From: an uncultured archaeon | GTDB taxonomy: Archaea > Asgardarchaeota > Lokiarchaeia > Sigyniarchaeales > SOKP01 | DNA length: 59,709 nucleotides | Direction of reading: 5' to 3' | Assembly: GCA_964632315.1 (NCBI GenBank) | Contig: CAZWEM010000003.1 | Span: forward strand, 14,014-73,722 | Part shown: piece after piece, positions 19,858 through 29,952 of the stretch | How positions within the stretch are numbered: position 1 is the stretch's first letter | Layout: each line of letters opens with the position of its first letter | Position numbers and translations under genes: made by a program | The notes under the pieces: model-generated | Told to the model about the DNA's origin: nothing | The model's database searches: none | The model's input: only the letters and a program-made list of their open reading frames with translations

Positions 19858-20763
19858 ATGTTAAATGAGCAAGACGAGTATCTCCATCAACCAACTAAAG
19901 AAAAGAAATGGCGAGAATCTTATTACTTTAACTGGGCAGATTTAGATAATAAAATCTCCGGATTTTCTACTATTGGGATTGTTCCTAATGAAAAAAAAAG
20001 AGAATTCGTATTCTTGTTATTTACTAAGGATAGGAATGAAGTATATTACAAAGAACCACAATTAGTTAACTACAGTGAAAAAATTAATGAGATGTTGAAG
20101 GATAAATGTCTAACCTACAAAATGATCCTACCGTTCAAAAAATGGGAAATTGAATATAATTCTCGAAAACTAAAACTTCAAATTATATTTGAAACTCGGT
20201 TTCCCACATATAATTTCGGAAGAAACTCATCAGCTTCTTGGCATCAACATTTTGAGGCTTCAGGAAATATATGGGGTTCCATTGAGTTTGCTGATGGTAA
20301 GTTAATCAATCTTAAAGGTTACGGTCAAAGGGACAAAAGTTGGGGTTTTAGAGATTGGCATCAATTCGAAAAGTGGTATGCAGGTCATTTTCAATTCAAA
20401 AATTGGTCCGCAACATTTCGCAAAGACTACTATGGAGGAAGGATGGATTTATCTGGACATATCTCCCTAAAAGAACAAAATATTTCTATAAGTGAATTGA
20501 CTATTAATACAACTACAGATTCTGACAAATTCAACAGTCCAATTTCAGCAACATATCAATTTAAAGATAATCTCGAAAACAAGTATAGAATTAAATCAAC
20601 TAGAATGTTCAAAACCTCATATATTAGGTTTGTTAGGGATTTTACGGGTGGATACACGGAATTATTTGAACAAATGGTGATTATGGAAAATTTAGATACT
20701 GGAGAAAAAGGTTCTGGAATGATGGAACATTTAAGAACGATAAAAACCAAACATAAAATATAG
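19858..20763 (+). CDS. AttH/CrtC/tocopherol-cyclase-like double beta-barrel protein
   Basis: WRESYYFNW, HFEASG.I.G.I, GYGQRDKSWGFRDW. Confidence 0.65.
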   Translation: MLNEQDEYLHQPTKEKKWRESYYFNWADLDNKISGFSTIGIVPNEKKREFVFLLFTKDRNEVYYKEPQLVNYSEKINEMLKDKCLTYKMILPFKKWEIEYNSRKLKLQIIFETRFPTYNFGRNSSASWHQHFEASGNIWGSIEFADGKLINLKGYGQRDKSWGFRDWHQFEKWYAGHFQFKNWSATFRKDYYGGRMDLSGHISLKEQNISISELTINTTTDSDKFNSPISATYQFKDNLENKYRIKSTRMFKTSYIRFVRDFTGGYTELFEQMVIMENLDTGEKGSGMMEHLRTIKTKHKI

Positions 20764-20778
20764 ATAAAGGTAATTATC

Positions 20779-22416
20779 ATGGTGAAATTTAAAAGAGGAC
20801 ATCTCTATTATCCTGAAATCCCAATTCACGCGGTATTGGAAGATACTGCACAAAGATTTCCAGATGGAGTCGCTTTTTTACACCCCGAAAAGTTAACTTT
20901 TAAAGAGTTTAAAGAACAGGTAGATATTTTTGCTACAGTATTGAAGAATTTGGGAGTGAGAAAAGGAGATAGAGTAGCGTTATTCAGCCCAAATTCAATT
21001 GAATGGGAGGCTGCTTTTTATGGATTGGAGAAAGCAGGAGCAATATTGGTCCCAATGAATCCACAATTTAAAGAAACCGAAGCAGAATATGAATTAAATG
21101 ATTCAGGTGCAGAAACGATTGTAGTATTACAAGATCTATATCCAATTATAGCACGAGTAAGAACTCAAACGAAATTAAAAAATGTTATAATCATAGAATC
21201 AGAAAAACACGCAAATTTGCCAGAAGACACTTTGGGATGGGCACAATTAATGCAAAATACAAGCGTTGAAGAAATGGAGGTAAGTTTTAATGCCAAAGAA
21301 GATTTAGCAGCCTTAGTCTATACTAGTGGAACAACTGGCCTTCCAAAAGGAACGATGCTTACTCATTTTAATATCGTTTCAAATGTTATTCAAGTCTCGC
21401 AAACTTTCGAATTAAGCGAATTGGATGTCGCTATAATTGTATTACCCCTTTATCATATATATGGTTTAAATGTTGGAATGAATCAAGCGATATGGTTAGG
21501 AGCAGCACAAGTTGTTACCCCTCGATTTGATGTGAAAGAATTTTGTGAGCTTATTGAAAGGTATCAAGTCTCATATAGTTTGTGTGTTCCTCCAATCTTT
21601 TTAGCAGTAGTCAGACATCTTGAAGAACCAAATAATAAGGGATATGATTGGACAAATCTTAAGATCTTTAACAATGGAGCTGCTCCGATTCCCCTTGAAC
21701 TCCTCGAAAGGTTCGATAAACTTGCAAAAGAAAAGTGTAATGCTCTTGAGGCAACGGTACAACATGGTTGGGGTTTAACTGAAGCGTCTCCAGTGGTTGC
21801 GGTAAATCCAATGTATCGGGCTAAGATGGAAACCCAAGGAACTCTACTTCCCGATACTTTTCATAAAATTATCGATGTTGAAACTGGTAAAGAGTTACCA
21901 AAACGGGGACAAGAAGGTGAATTAGTAATTAAAGGCCCCCAAGTCATGAAAGGCTATTGGAATAGGCTTGAAGATACCAAAAATGCCTTTTGGATTGATC
22001 CCAATACAGATGAGAAATGGCTAAGAACTGGTGATATGGCCCATATAGATGAGGAAGAATACGAGCATCTTGCGGATCGAATTAAGGAAATGATCAAGTA
22101 TAAAGGATGGAGCATTGCTCCTGCTGAACTTGAAGATTTATTGTATAAAAATCCTCACATATTTGATGCTGCTGTGATCGGTAAACCATCAAAAGAACTT
22201 GACATAGGAGAAATTCCTAAGGCATTTATCATTCTAAAGGAAGAATCCAAAGGAAAAGTGAGTGAAAAAGAGATAATGAATTGGGTAGCTGAACGGATTT
22301 CTGCCTATAAGAAGATAAGAGAAGTCGAATTTATAGATTCCATCCCTAAATCGGGATCTGGGAAGATTCTACGAAGAGAATTGGTTCAATTAGAAAAAGA
22401 GAGATTAACTCAATAA
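20779..22416 (+). CDS. Long-chain fatty acid--CoA ligase (ANL family)
   Basis: YTSGTTGLPKG, GWGLTEASP, GPQVMKGYW, LRTGD, PKSGSGKILRR. Confidence 0.95.
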   Translation: MVKFKRGHLYYPEIPIHAVLEDTAQRFPDGVAFLHPEKLTFKEFKEQVDIFATVLKNLGVRKGDRVALFSPNSIEWEAAFYGLEKAGAILVPMNPQFKETEAEYELNDSGAETIVVLQDLYPIIARVRTQTKLKNVIIIESEKHANLPEDTLGWAQLMQNTSVEEMEVSFNAKEDLAALVYTSGTTGLPKGTMLTHFNIVSNVIQVSQTFELSELDVAIIVLPLYHIYGLNVGMNQAIWLGAAQVVTPRFDVKEFCELIERYQVSYSLCVPPIFLAVVRHLEEPNNKGYDWTNLKIFNNGAAPIPLELLERFDKLAKEKCNALEATVQHGWGLTEASPVVAVNPMYRAKMETQGTLLPDTFHKIIDVETGKELPKRGQEGELVIKGPQVMKGYWNRLEDTKNAFWIDPNTDEKWLRTGDMAHIDEEEYEHLADRIKEMIKYKGWSIAPAELEDLLYKNPHIFDAAVIGKPSKELDIGEIPKAFIILKEESKGKVSEKEIMNWVAERISAYKKIREVEFIDSIPKSGSGKILRRELVQLEKERLTQ

Positions 22417-22507
22417 TTCCTTTTTAGATCTGACCAAATTTTTTATATATTCTGTGTTCTTGATTAATTTCAAACAAAAATCTAAACAATACTAATTTAC
22501 ATAGAAA

Positions 22508-22765
22508 GTGGAAGAAATGTCAGAAAAAGATGAACAAAATGAGCTCTCTACTGAAGAGAGAATTAAAAATCTGGAAGAAAAAGCAGGTAAGGTTGAAATC
22601 TTATTAACAATGAACTTTTGCATTTCATTTATTGGCGTATTCATATTTTTGGGTTTAGGAGGTATTTTTGGATTTTTCATCATTATTTTTATTGTATTTT
22701 TAGGTATTTATGGCATTTTGAATCTACTTATATTAAATACAAAAAATAAAAAATCTCCAAAATAA
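22508..22765 (+). CDS. Small 2-TM membrane protein
   Basis: Charged N-terminus followed by two hydrophobic segments. Confidence 0.65.
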   Translation: MEEMSEKDEQNELSTEERIKNLEEKAGKVEILLTMNFCISFIGVFIFLGLGGIFGFFIIIFIVFLGIYGILNLLILNTKNKKSPK

Positions 22766-22779
22766 ATAAGAGAACAAAG

Positions 22780-23379
22780 TTATATTATTGAAAAGGCTAA
22801 AAGTGCTCTATTCCTTAATGGAATTTTTTGTTTTTCCCATTCATCATCCACTACTTTACCATTTACAAAAAGCGCTTCCAGTTTATCCTTTGGTATATCT
22901 TCAATATATAAAATTAGAAGTTCTTGAGTTTTTTCTTTGTTGAGCATCGTTGCTAAACGATTATTCCAGACCAAATCAGGATGTTTAAGATTCTTTTTCT
23001 CTAAAAAAGTAAGCAATTGAAAAAAATCTGATTGAGGATCCCAATCATCATAAGTTGCTGGATCGATGAAATTATCCCTTTGCCATAAAATGCCACCAAG
23101 CTCGACTATGTCCGTCGATTTATAATTATAGGATTGTATGAATTCGGGCAGATAATACTCATATTGAAGAAAGAATAATTTTGAGATAACTTGCTCTTCT
23201 TTATCATTTTTAACGGATTTAGCAAAGATGTAATGGTACACTTTACTTGTCCCATATATCACGATCTCTTGACTGCCAACATATTCTAATTCATCTGAAA
23301 CTTGTAGGTTTAAGGAAATAGCTCCTGAAATCTTTAAATTATTATCTTCGACCTTAATATCAATGATTTTTTGCGACAT
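22780..23379 (-). CDS. Hypothetical protein
   Basis: 199-aa ORF. Confidence 0.7.
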   Translation of the reverse strand: MSQKIIDIKVEDNNLKISGAISLNLQVSDELEYVGSQEIVIYGTSKVYHYIFAKSVKNDKEEQVISKLFFLQYEYYLPEFIQSYNYKSTDIVELGGILWQRDNFIDPATYDDWDPQSDFFQLLTFLEKKNLKHPDLVWNNRLATMLNKEKTQELLILYIEDIPKDKLEALFVNGKVVDDEWEKQKIPLRNRALLAFSII

Positions 23380-23509
23380 GCGATTTTTATTAGGAAAATT
23401 GCATAAATTATAAATTAGATATAATTGATGTTCAAATCAATATAAAGTCTAAGGTTTATTAATTTTCAAAACAATGAATTCTATATAGATAATATTTGAG
23501 ATAATTTTT

Positions 23510-24382
23510 ATGTGTCAATGGTGTTTAGCTCATGGAGCAGGTAAAAAATGGTATTTAAATTCTCGTAATTACCACGCAGACCAGATTTCCTCAGAGGATG
23601 AGATGAAAGAATATCTGACGGAACAGTGGATGAATTTTGAACAGATCTATATCCGTAAAATTGCGGGTTTTTCATCCAAAGATTTGGGATATAAGTTAAA
23701 GATGCCAATTATTGGTCGAATTTTGCGATGGCAAGCAGAAAAAATGATCCATAGTGAAAAGCCAAATCGAAATGCAAAAAATGCGGATGGCCATTTTGGA
23801 CAAGTGATCCCATTGGAGGATGCCCAATTAATAATGTCTGAGCTTGCTGATGAACCAATAATTTGTAATTATTGTATGTGTCGCTGGATGCAAAGAAAAG
23901 AAAAGGAAGCAGTCTGCATTAACTTCGGAGTATTATCTGAGGTAATAGAAAAACTTCCACGGTTTATTCCGGAGAATAGAACACAAAAGATTGATAGAGA
24001 GACAGCTGTAGAGAAACTAGAGGAATTTAATAAAAAGGGATATGTAGCGTCTGTATGGTTCCAACCAGTTCCATATATTAATGCAATATGTTCTTGTGAA
24101 AGCCCAGAATGTGGTGGCTTCACACTAAGAAATAATTTTGATTTACATGTAATGTATAAAGCAGAATACATTATCCAATTAGACCAAGATAAGTGTCAAG
24201 GATGCAAGCAATGCGTTTCAATGTGCCAATTGAGTGCATTAAGATATATTCCTTCAATGAATAGAGTTATCGTCGATTATGATAAGTGCTTTGGATGCGG
24301 GGTGTGCCGTCATGCGTGCAAGAATGATGCGTTAAAGTTAATTCCTCGAGAAGAATATCCTGGTTTTGATGGAACTTATTAG
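23510..24382 (+). CDS. 4Fe-4S dicluster domain protein
   Basis: CQGCKQCVSMC and CFGCGVCRHAC, plus MCQWC, CMCR and ICSCESPEC. Confidence 0.9.
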   Translation: MCQWCLAHGAGKKWYLNSRNYHADQISSEDEMKEYLTEQWMNFEQIYIRKIAGFSSKDLGYKLKMPIIGRILRWQAEKMIHSEKPNRNAKNADGHFGQVIPLEDAQLIMSELADEPIICNYCMCRWMQRKEKEAVCINFGVLSEVIEKLPRFIPENRTQKIDRETAVEKLEEFNKKGYVASVWFQPVPYINAICSCESPECGGFTLRNNFDLHVMYKAEYIIQLDQDKCQGCKQCVSMCQLSALRYIPSMNRVIVDYDKCFGCGVCRHACKNDALKLIPREEYPGFDGTY

Positions 24383-24391
24383 GTGATTAAG

Positions 24392-24673
24392 ATGAGTAAA
24401 GCAAAAAAAGGTAAGAAGAGAACGAAGATAAAGATTGATTATTCCATTTGTGGGGAAAAAGGAAGAATTGACCCTCGGAATTGTGGTTTATGCATGAGAT
24501 CATGTGACCCTGCTGTTTTTGTCATGCATCCTACAGTTGGATCTGAGGATCAGCAAGAAGATCCCCACGATCCTCAAGACTGGCGCATCACACCAATTTG
24601 GGGTTCATTATGTACTCGGTGCTTTAAATGCGTTGAAATATGCCCCGAAAAAGCAATAAAGATCACCTTTTAA
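24392..24673 (+). CDS. Ferredoxin-like 4Fe-4S protein
   Basis: CGLCMRSC and CTRCFKCVEICP; AGGTGA RBS. Confidence 0.88.
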   Translation: MSKAKKGKKRTKIKIDYSICGEKGRIDPRNCGLCMRSCDPAVFVMHPTVGSEDQQEDPHDPQDWRITPIWGSLCTRCFKCVEICPEKAIKITF

Positions 24674-24735
24674 GTAAGTAATTTTATATTTAGGTAGTCA
24701 TATTGATTATGTATATATAGTACTAAAAGATAGAG

Positions 24736-25521
24736 ATGCTAGATTTAATAATTAACTTCCTTTATGCAATCTTTTTTGGAAGTCAATTGATTACTGGTAT
24801 TTTTTTATTAATCCGAACGATCAAGATAAAACAATTGAATTTAATCCCTCTTGTATTGTTCTTTTTTCTTAATCCACTTGAAATAGTGTTAATTCTTTTC
24901 GTTGGGACTTCAAACATAGTGAACATATTTTCTAATATTTCATTACTATTCTTTATAAAATTTACATTTTTTAGAGATAGAAAGAGTAGTTTCATGTATT
25001 TGCTTGTTTCACTTATTATAGTAAAAATATTGGACTTCAGTTTAAAACTTTACATCCCATTTTCAATACCATTAAATTTCGTGGTAACATCTTCAGAAGT
25101 ACCTTACTTTTACCTCTATTTGACACTCACATCGTTATCTGTTCTTTTATCATATCCTTGGTTAGGTTTAACCGCGTTAAAATATTATCATCTAATTAAA
25201 GCTCGAGAGATTGAACTATGGGTTAAAGTCAGATATAAGCTCATCGGATATTCTTCCTTAATCATAACGATCAACGCTATTCTTTATCTATTCATGCCAA
25301 TCGATACATATGATTGGGAGTATTTGAACTCGTTCATCATCGGTTTATTAATTACTATTAACACCACGATCTTTTCAATAGCTAATTTATTTGCTTGGGT
25401 AATGCCTAAAAAACTCAAAAATTACTTTAACAGGCATTATCAAGCTACCGTCGAAGAAAATTTAACGGAAGAAGAAATAATGAATAAAGTAAGAGAAGAT
25501 TTGGATAAAAAAGTTGAGTAA
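24736..25521 (+). CDS. ~7-TM membrane protein
   Basis: Seven hydrophobic segments and an acidic cytoplasmic tail. Confidence 0.75.
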   Translation: MLDLIINFLYAIFFGSQLITGIFLLIRTIKIKQLNLIPLVLFFFLNPLEIVLILFVGTSNIVNIFSNISLLFFIKFTFFRDRKSSFMYLLVSLIIVKILDFSLKLYIPFSIPLNFVVTSSEVPYFYLYLTLTSLSVLLSYPWLGLTALKYYHLIKAREIELWVKVRYKLIGYSSLIITINAILYLFMPIDTYDWEYLNSFIIGLLITINTTIFSIANLFAWVMPKKLKNYFNRHYQATVEENLTEEEIMNKVREDLDKKVE

Positions 25522-25557
25522 GATCCTTTCTCGCAAATAAATAAGAATCGATTACTT

Positions 25558-26355
25558 TTACTTCAACTTAACTACTTCCGCAGTCTTGTATAAGTAATCA
25601 AAGTAATAATTCGCTGCTGGACCAAACGCCACGTGGTCAGTTTGTGCGCCAAAATAACTTAATCCTTTGAAAAATTTCTGGGTCATAATGATGAATGCTT
25701 CTTCTCCCTCATCCATTACAACACAGGTTCCAAATACTTGATCCCTTTTTCTAATTTCACCAAGTTCCGCATATTTTTTAAGCATTGTACGAAATTCCTT
25801 TTCCTCAAGTGCTTTCTCTTCAATCAATATCCTTATGTCAATTACACCGCGTGCTCTGGCTTTTTTTGTATCCTCATAAAATACATCCAAGAATTCATAT
25901 TGAGGACAAACCATATAAATTGAATTTCTAGCCAGATTTATCAGTGATAAACCACGACTGATACAAGTATCGCGTCCACGGTGTATATAGAGAGCAATTT
26001 TTATAGGTGTATCATGGGCTTGATAAATTGGCGTGAGCTCATGAATGATTTTGTTTGATTGTTCATTAAAATTATCAATCATCTGCTTTTTAGCTATAAC
26101 AAGCGCTTCATCGGGACTTTTGCAAAAATATCTACTCGGTCGCGATTCCTCTTCTTTATGGATAAACATTTTATCCTTTTCAAGTTGCGTGAGGATATTA
26201 TATATCCTTGAGTATGGCACACCCGAGGCTTCAGAGAGTTCTCTTGCATCCATTGGACCTTTACTGATTAAGGTAAGATAAATTGCGATTTCATAATCAG
26301 TTAAACCGATAGATCTCAACGATTCCTTGACTGCTTCGGGGATTTCTTTAGAAAT
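25558..26355 (-). CDS. TrmB family transcriptional regulator (probable ATT start)
   Basis: GLTDYE, ARELSEASGVPYSRIY. The frame is open upstream of TTG 26319 to ATT 26355, 6 nt after AGGTGA. Confidence 0.88.
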   Translation of the reverse strand: MSKEIPEAVKESLRSIGLTDYEIAIYLTLISKGPMDARELSEASGVPYSRIYNILTQLEKDKMFIHKEEESRPSRYFCKSPDEALVIAKKQMIDNFNEQSNKIIHELTPIYQAHDTPIKIALYIHRGRDTCISRGLSLINLARNSIYMVCPQYEFLDVFYEDTKKARARGVIDIRILIEEKALEEKEFRTMLKKYAELGEIRKRDQVFGTCVVMDEGEEAFIIMTQKFFKGLSYFGAQTDHVAFGPAANYYFDYLYKTAEVVKLK

Positions 26356-26602
26356 GATAATTCACCTAAACTATAACACGTTTAAATACTAATATTTTTA
26401 AGCTTTTTAAGAATTTTTAATTCGCATAAAAGTAATACTTAATATAACATTAGAAGTATTAAATTGTTTGTGTTCTTAGAGTTAATTTTACATGCGTAAA
26501 AACCCGAGCGGGGGAAGTCCTCTCATGACTATCATTTTTTCATGAGAATCATTCTTTTTTTTATATTGAAAACATGGTTATGAAAGAATTGAAAACACAC
26601 CC

Positions 26603-26749
26603 TCATCCACCACCACCCTCTGAAGGAGCAGTTCCAAACCAATTGAATCCTATTCCTATAGCAACTAATGATATTATAGCAACTGCAATGATTATGAGGA
26701 TGAGTGTCAACTTTTTATAACTTCTAGGCTCTACTGTAATCTCGGACAT
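26603..26749 (-). CDS. 48-aa single-TM protein ending in GGGG (not in ORF track)
   Basis: MSEITVEPRSYKKLTLILIIIAVAIISLVAIGIGFNWFGTAPSEGGGG*, with AAGGTTG upstream. Confidence 0.7.
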   Translation of the reverse strand: MSEITVEPRSYKKLTLILIIIAVAIISLVAIGIGFNWFGTAPSEGGGG

Positions 26750-26823
26750 TTAGAACAACCTTATTTACAGATCTTGATGAGAAAAGATTTATAGTTTGTG
26801 CTTAAAATAAGATATTTAATGTA

Positions 26824-28446
26824 TTAATTTTCAGAAAAATGCTTATGGATAAAATTTAGCCGGTTTTTTTCGGGATTTTCCTTACCATAAAGTACAAATT
26901 CCTCATATTCGTGATATAGCTTCAGTAAATCATCGTAGAGTTCTATAACTGCTTTCTGGGGCCGTAAAGTAACTTTCTTTTTCAAAATTGACTCAATTAA
27001 TCTTCCCCACGTCAGAGAGTCATTAGAATTTTCAGGAAATGACTTAGTAGCCCTAATTGCGGCTCCAAGGGCAGCTGAATTCGAAATATCGAAAATAATG
27101 ATTTTAGCATTAAAAATATTAGCCGCAACTTGCAAAATTTCTTGATTTGCCGAAGCTCCACCTGTAGCGTGAATCTCAATGGGAATTTTACCCATCCAAC
27201 GTGAATGTAATCGCATCGAAAGAAATTGTGCTTCAATAATAGCCCTCACGTTTCCCTCAACATCTTTCTCATCAAATCCAAATCTTGAAACCCCAGGATT
27301 TAAGACAAGAGGGACGATTTCGGGATAAAAATATGGTAACATTAACTTACCATTATTACCTGGAAGAGATGATTTTAAGAGTTTTGAGAATTGTTCCCAA
27401 GAAAGATTATACTGATCCTTTATTTTTTCTCTAGCTAGGGATCCATTCTTGAAGCATATCAAGGACATATAATCTCCAGTGGGAGCCACAAAAATATGAC
27501 TTTCCCCTGTCATATCTAAGGTTAATTCCTCTAAATATCCGAAAAAGGTATCACTCGTTCCTAAACTGATTGCTGCTTTGTTTTTTGAGGTTACCCCAGT
27601 TCCAATAAGACTATTAGGGTTATCTCCAGAAAATGCCACTACTTTAGTTCCTTCTAAAAAGCCAAATCTTTGTACAATAAATGGTGAAATTTCTCCAATT
27701 ATTGAAACTGGAGAGGTTAAAAGTGGTAATTTTTCTTTCAATCCGGGTGCGGTGGCATCTAGGGCTCGTTTATCCCACTCTTTAGTAGTAATGTTCATTA
27801 AATTCATTCCAGCTCCATCGCCATAATCAATTGGTGCATTTTTTCCTATAAATAATGAAGCTAAAAAAGAACTTACTAAGTGTATAACCATTGTATCACT
27901 ATATTTTTGAGGTTCATTTTGATAAAACTTTCTTATCTGCGGACCAGAGAATCTCTCAAATGTATTAGAACCAGTCAATTTTATAGTTTGTTCTTTTCCC
28001 CCCAATTGCTCTCTTATTTCTTTGCATTGAATTTCAGTACTTGAATCCATCCAAATTGGACTAGTTTTTCTAGAAAACACATCTTTAAGCTGTACATTTA
28101 ACGATAAATAGGAGTCTAATGATTTCAATTGTTTATAGAAGTTCTGATTTAGATATACCGTACCATGTTGTTGACCAGAACCAGATATGCATTTTATATC
28201 TTTAACCTCCACCTCATGCATCAAATCTTTTAACAATAGATCTAAAGCTTCTGCCCACATCAATGGATTTGAATGAACAGTTTTCCCATCTTGAGAAAAG
28301 TACGCTCCATTTGTAGTATTGTAATGTTTTAAATCCACGTCATAATTCAATACATGTTTATATATTACCTTTCGAGAATTATAATCGATAATTATGCCCG
28401 TCAAACTTTGTGTTGAACAGTCAAGGCCGAGAAATAATTGGGACAT
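26824..28446 (-). CDS. xylB: D-xylulose kinase, FGGY family, eukaryotic XYLB/XKS1-like subtype
   Basis: LGLDCSTQSL, SGSGQQHG, PIWMDSST, FERFSGPQIRK, LVSSFLASL, DGAGMNL, GDNPNSL, SLGTSDT, NGSLARE. Confidence 0.88.
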   Translation of the reverse strand: MSQLFLGLDCSTQSLTGIIIDYNSRKVIYKHVLNYDVDLKHYNTTNGAYFSQDGKTVHSNPLMWAEALDLLLKDLMHEVEVKDIKCISGSGQQHGTVYLNQNFYKQLKSLDSYLSLNVQLKDVFSRKTSPIWMDSSTEIQCKEIREQLGGKEQTIKLTGSNTFERFSGPQIRKFYQNEPQKYSDTMVIHLVSSFLASLFIGKNAPIDYGDGAGMNLMNITTKEWDKRALDATAPGLKEKLPLLTSPVSIIGEISPFIVQRFGFLEGTKVVAFSGDNPNSLIGTGVTSKNKAAISLGTSDTFFGYLEELTLDMTGESHIFVAPTGDYMSLICFKNGSLAREKIKDQYNLSWEQFSKLLKSSLPGNNGKLMLPYFYPEIVPLVLNPGVSRFGFDEKDVEGNVRAIIEAQFLSMRLHSRWMGKIPIEIHATGGASANQEILQVAANIFNAKIIIFDISNSAALGAAIRATKSFPENSNDSLTWGRLIESILKKKVTLRPQKAVIELYDDLLKLYHEYEEFVLYGKENPEKNRLNFIHKHFSEN

Positions 28447-28722
28447 GAGATTTCTTCTTTTTTGAGTGATTAATCAATTTTCTTGTTATTATCAGAAATC
28501 AATAATCATTTATTTATTTGATAATATTGACACGCAAATTTACCATTTTCGTTCATAATAATTAATTTTAACAAGAGTCATTGTTTTTCAAGTCGACAAA
28601 ATCCCTTTTTTTCGTAACTCATTGTTCTTTTTAGACACAAGAAAGACAAAAATTTAATATAGAATTATCACAATTAATAATTATATTATCATTATTAGTA
28701 CATTATTTGAGGTAATAACCTT

Positions 28723-29142
28723 TTGGATGCAATTGATTTAAAAATTTTAGAGGAATTAAAGGATGACAGTCGTAAATCATTTAATCTTATAGCAGGTGTC
28801 GTAGGAAAAACAGAAGCTACTGTGAGAAGAAGGGTAAATAAACTAATTGAGGAAGAGATTATTAAAAAGTTCACTATTGAGTATAATATTAATTCAAAAC
28901 CAAGAACGAGGGCTACGGTAAAAATTGAGCCAGATTTTAAGGAGATAAAGAGCATCATGAAAGAATTAAGTGAAATCGAAGAGATTACTGATATTTGGAG
29001 GTTAAGTGGTGATTGTGGACTTTTCATTAAAGTTGAGATTGAATCGATTGAGAAATTTAATCCTTTAATTGAAGAGAAGATCTCTCAAATTAAAGGAGTG
29101 AAAATCATGGAAACTTGTTTTATAACTGATATAATAAAATGA
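28723..29142 (+). CDS. Lrp/AsnC family transcriptional regulator
   Basis: DAIDLKILEELKDDSRKS..IA..VG.TEATVRRRV. Confidence 0.93.
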   Translation: MDAIDLKILEELKDDSRKSFNLIAGVVGKTEATVRRRVNKLIEEEIIKKFTIEYNINSKPRTRATVKIEPDFKEIKSIMKELSEIEEITDIWRLSGDCGLFIKVEIESIEKFNPLIEEKISQIKGVKIMETCFITDIIK

Positions 29143-29233
29143 TATGTACTCATCAATTTTAAAGAATATATCGATTCTATTTTATTAATCCTTACTGTTA
29201 TGTTTTAAACGAGTTTTTGTAGGATTGAAGAGG

Positions 29234-29797
29234 TTACTTCCGTTTTATTAAATTAACGAATTGATTGGCATAGTTTCGAATTTGATCCCAATCTCGATAA
29301 TCATATAATTCCCCTTCAGGATCCTCGATGCCTTGTTCATCTTTCATGATCCCAATTACAATTTTTCGGGTCATTCCTTTCACGGCAGATCCCTCTCTAA
29401 GATCATAAGCACCTGCAAAAGCATCAGTTAAAACCGATTGGATTCCATATTTCTCTAATTTTGGAATAACGTATTTTTCTATGGCATTTTTGATATCTTT
29501 TTGTGCTTCAGCACAACAAACATAAAAAGCAAGTGAATTTTGTTTCTTACTTAGTTCATCTTTTCTCTTTTTGAAAAAATTCTTTACAACTTTCGTCCAC
29601 ATTCCCATCTTAATACCGGTACCGATAATAATGCCATCATACTGGTCCAAAGGGGGGATCTTTTTATGGTTAATTTCTGTTAGGTTATAACTTTCAGTAG
29701 TGATTCCGTTTTCTTTAATTATTTTTTCAATTTCATCAGATATTTCCCTTGTAGTCCCATATCTCGTCCCATATAAAACTAAAACTTTATTCATCAA
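29234..29797 (-). CDS. Flavodoxin-domain protein (HemG-like)
   Basis: LYGTRYGTT, YDGIIIG, DYRDWDQI. Confidence 0.88.
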   Translation of the reverse strand: MMNKVLVLYGTRYGTTREISDEIEKIIKENGITTESYNLTEINHKKIPPLDQYDGIIIGTGIKMGMWTKVVKNFFKKRKDELSKKQNSLAFYVCCAEAQKDIKNAIEKYVIPKLEKYGIQSVLTDAFAGAYDLREGSAVKGMTRKIVIGIMKDEQGIEDPEGELYDYRDWDQIRNYANQFVNLIKRK

Positions 29798-29952
29798 ATT
29801 TCCTCTTTAAATGATAATTAGTAAATTTTGATTTCGTAAATTATCTTTATTATTTAAATAAAACGAAATCCAATAATTGTAGAGATACTTTAAAGTTCTA
29901 TCTCATAATGATTTTAGCATAATACTCTTAAAAACAAAAAAATGGAAAAAAT

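Noticed and set aside
26491-26560. GC-rich patch and TCTCATGA...TCATGAGA inverted repeat upstream of trmB
   Set aside because: It could be an operator or terminator, but there is too little structure to call.
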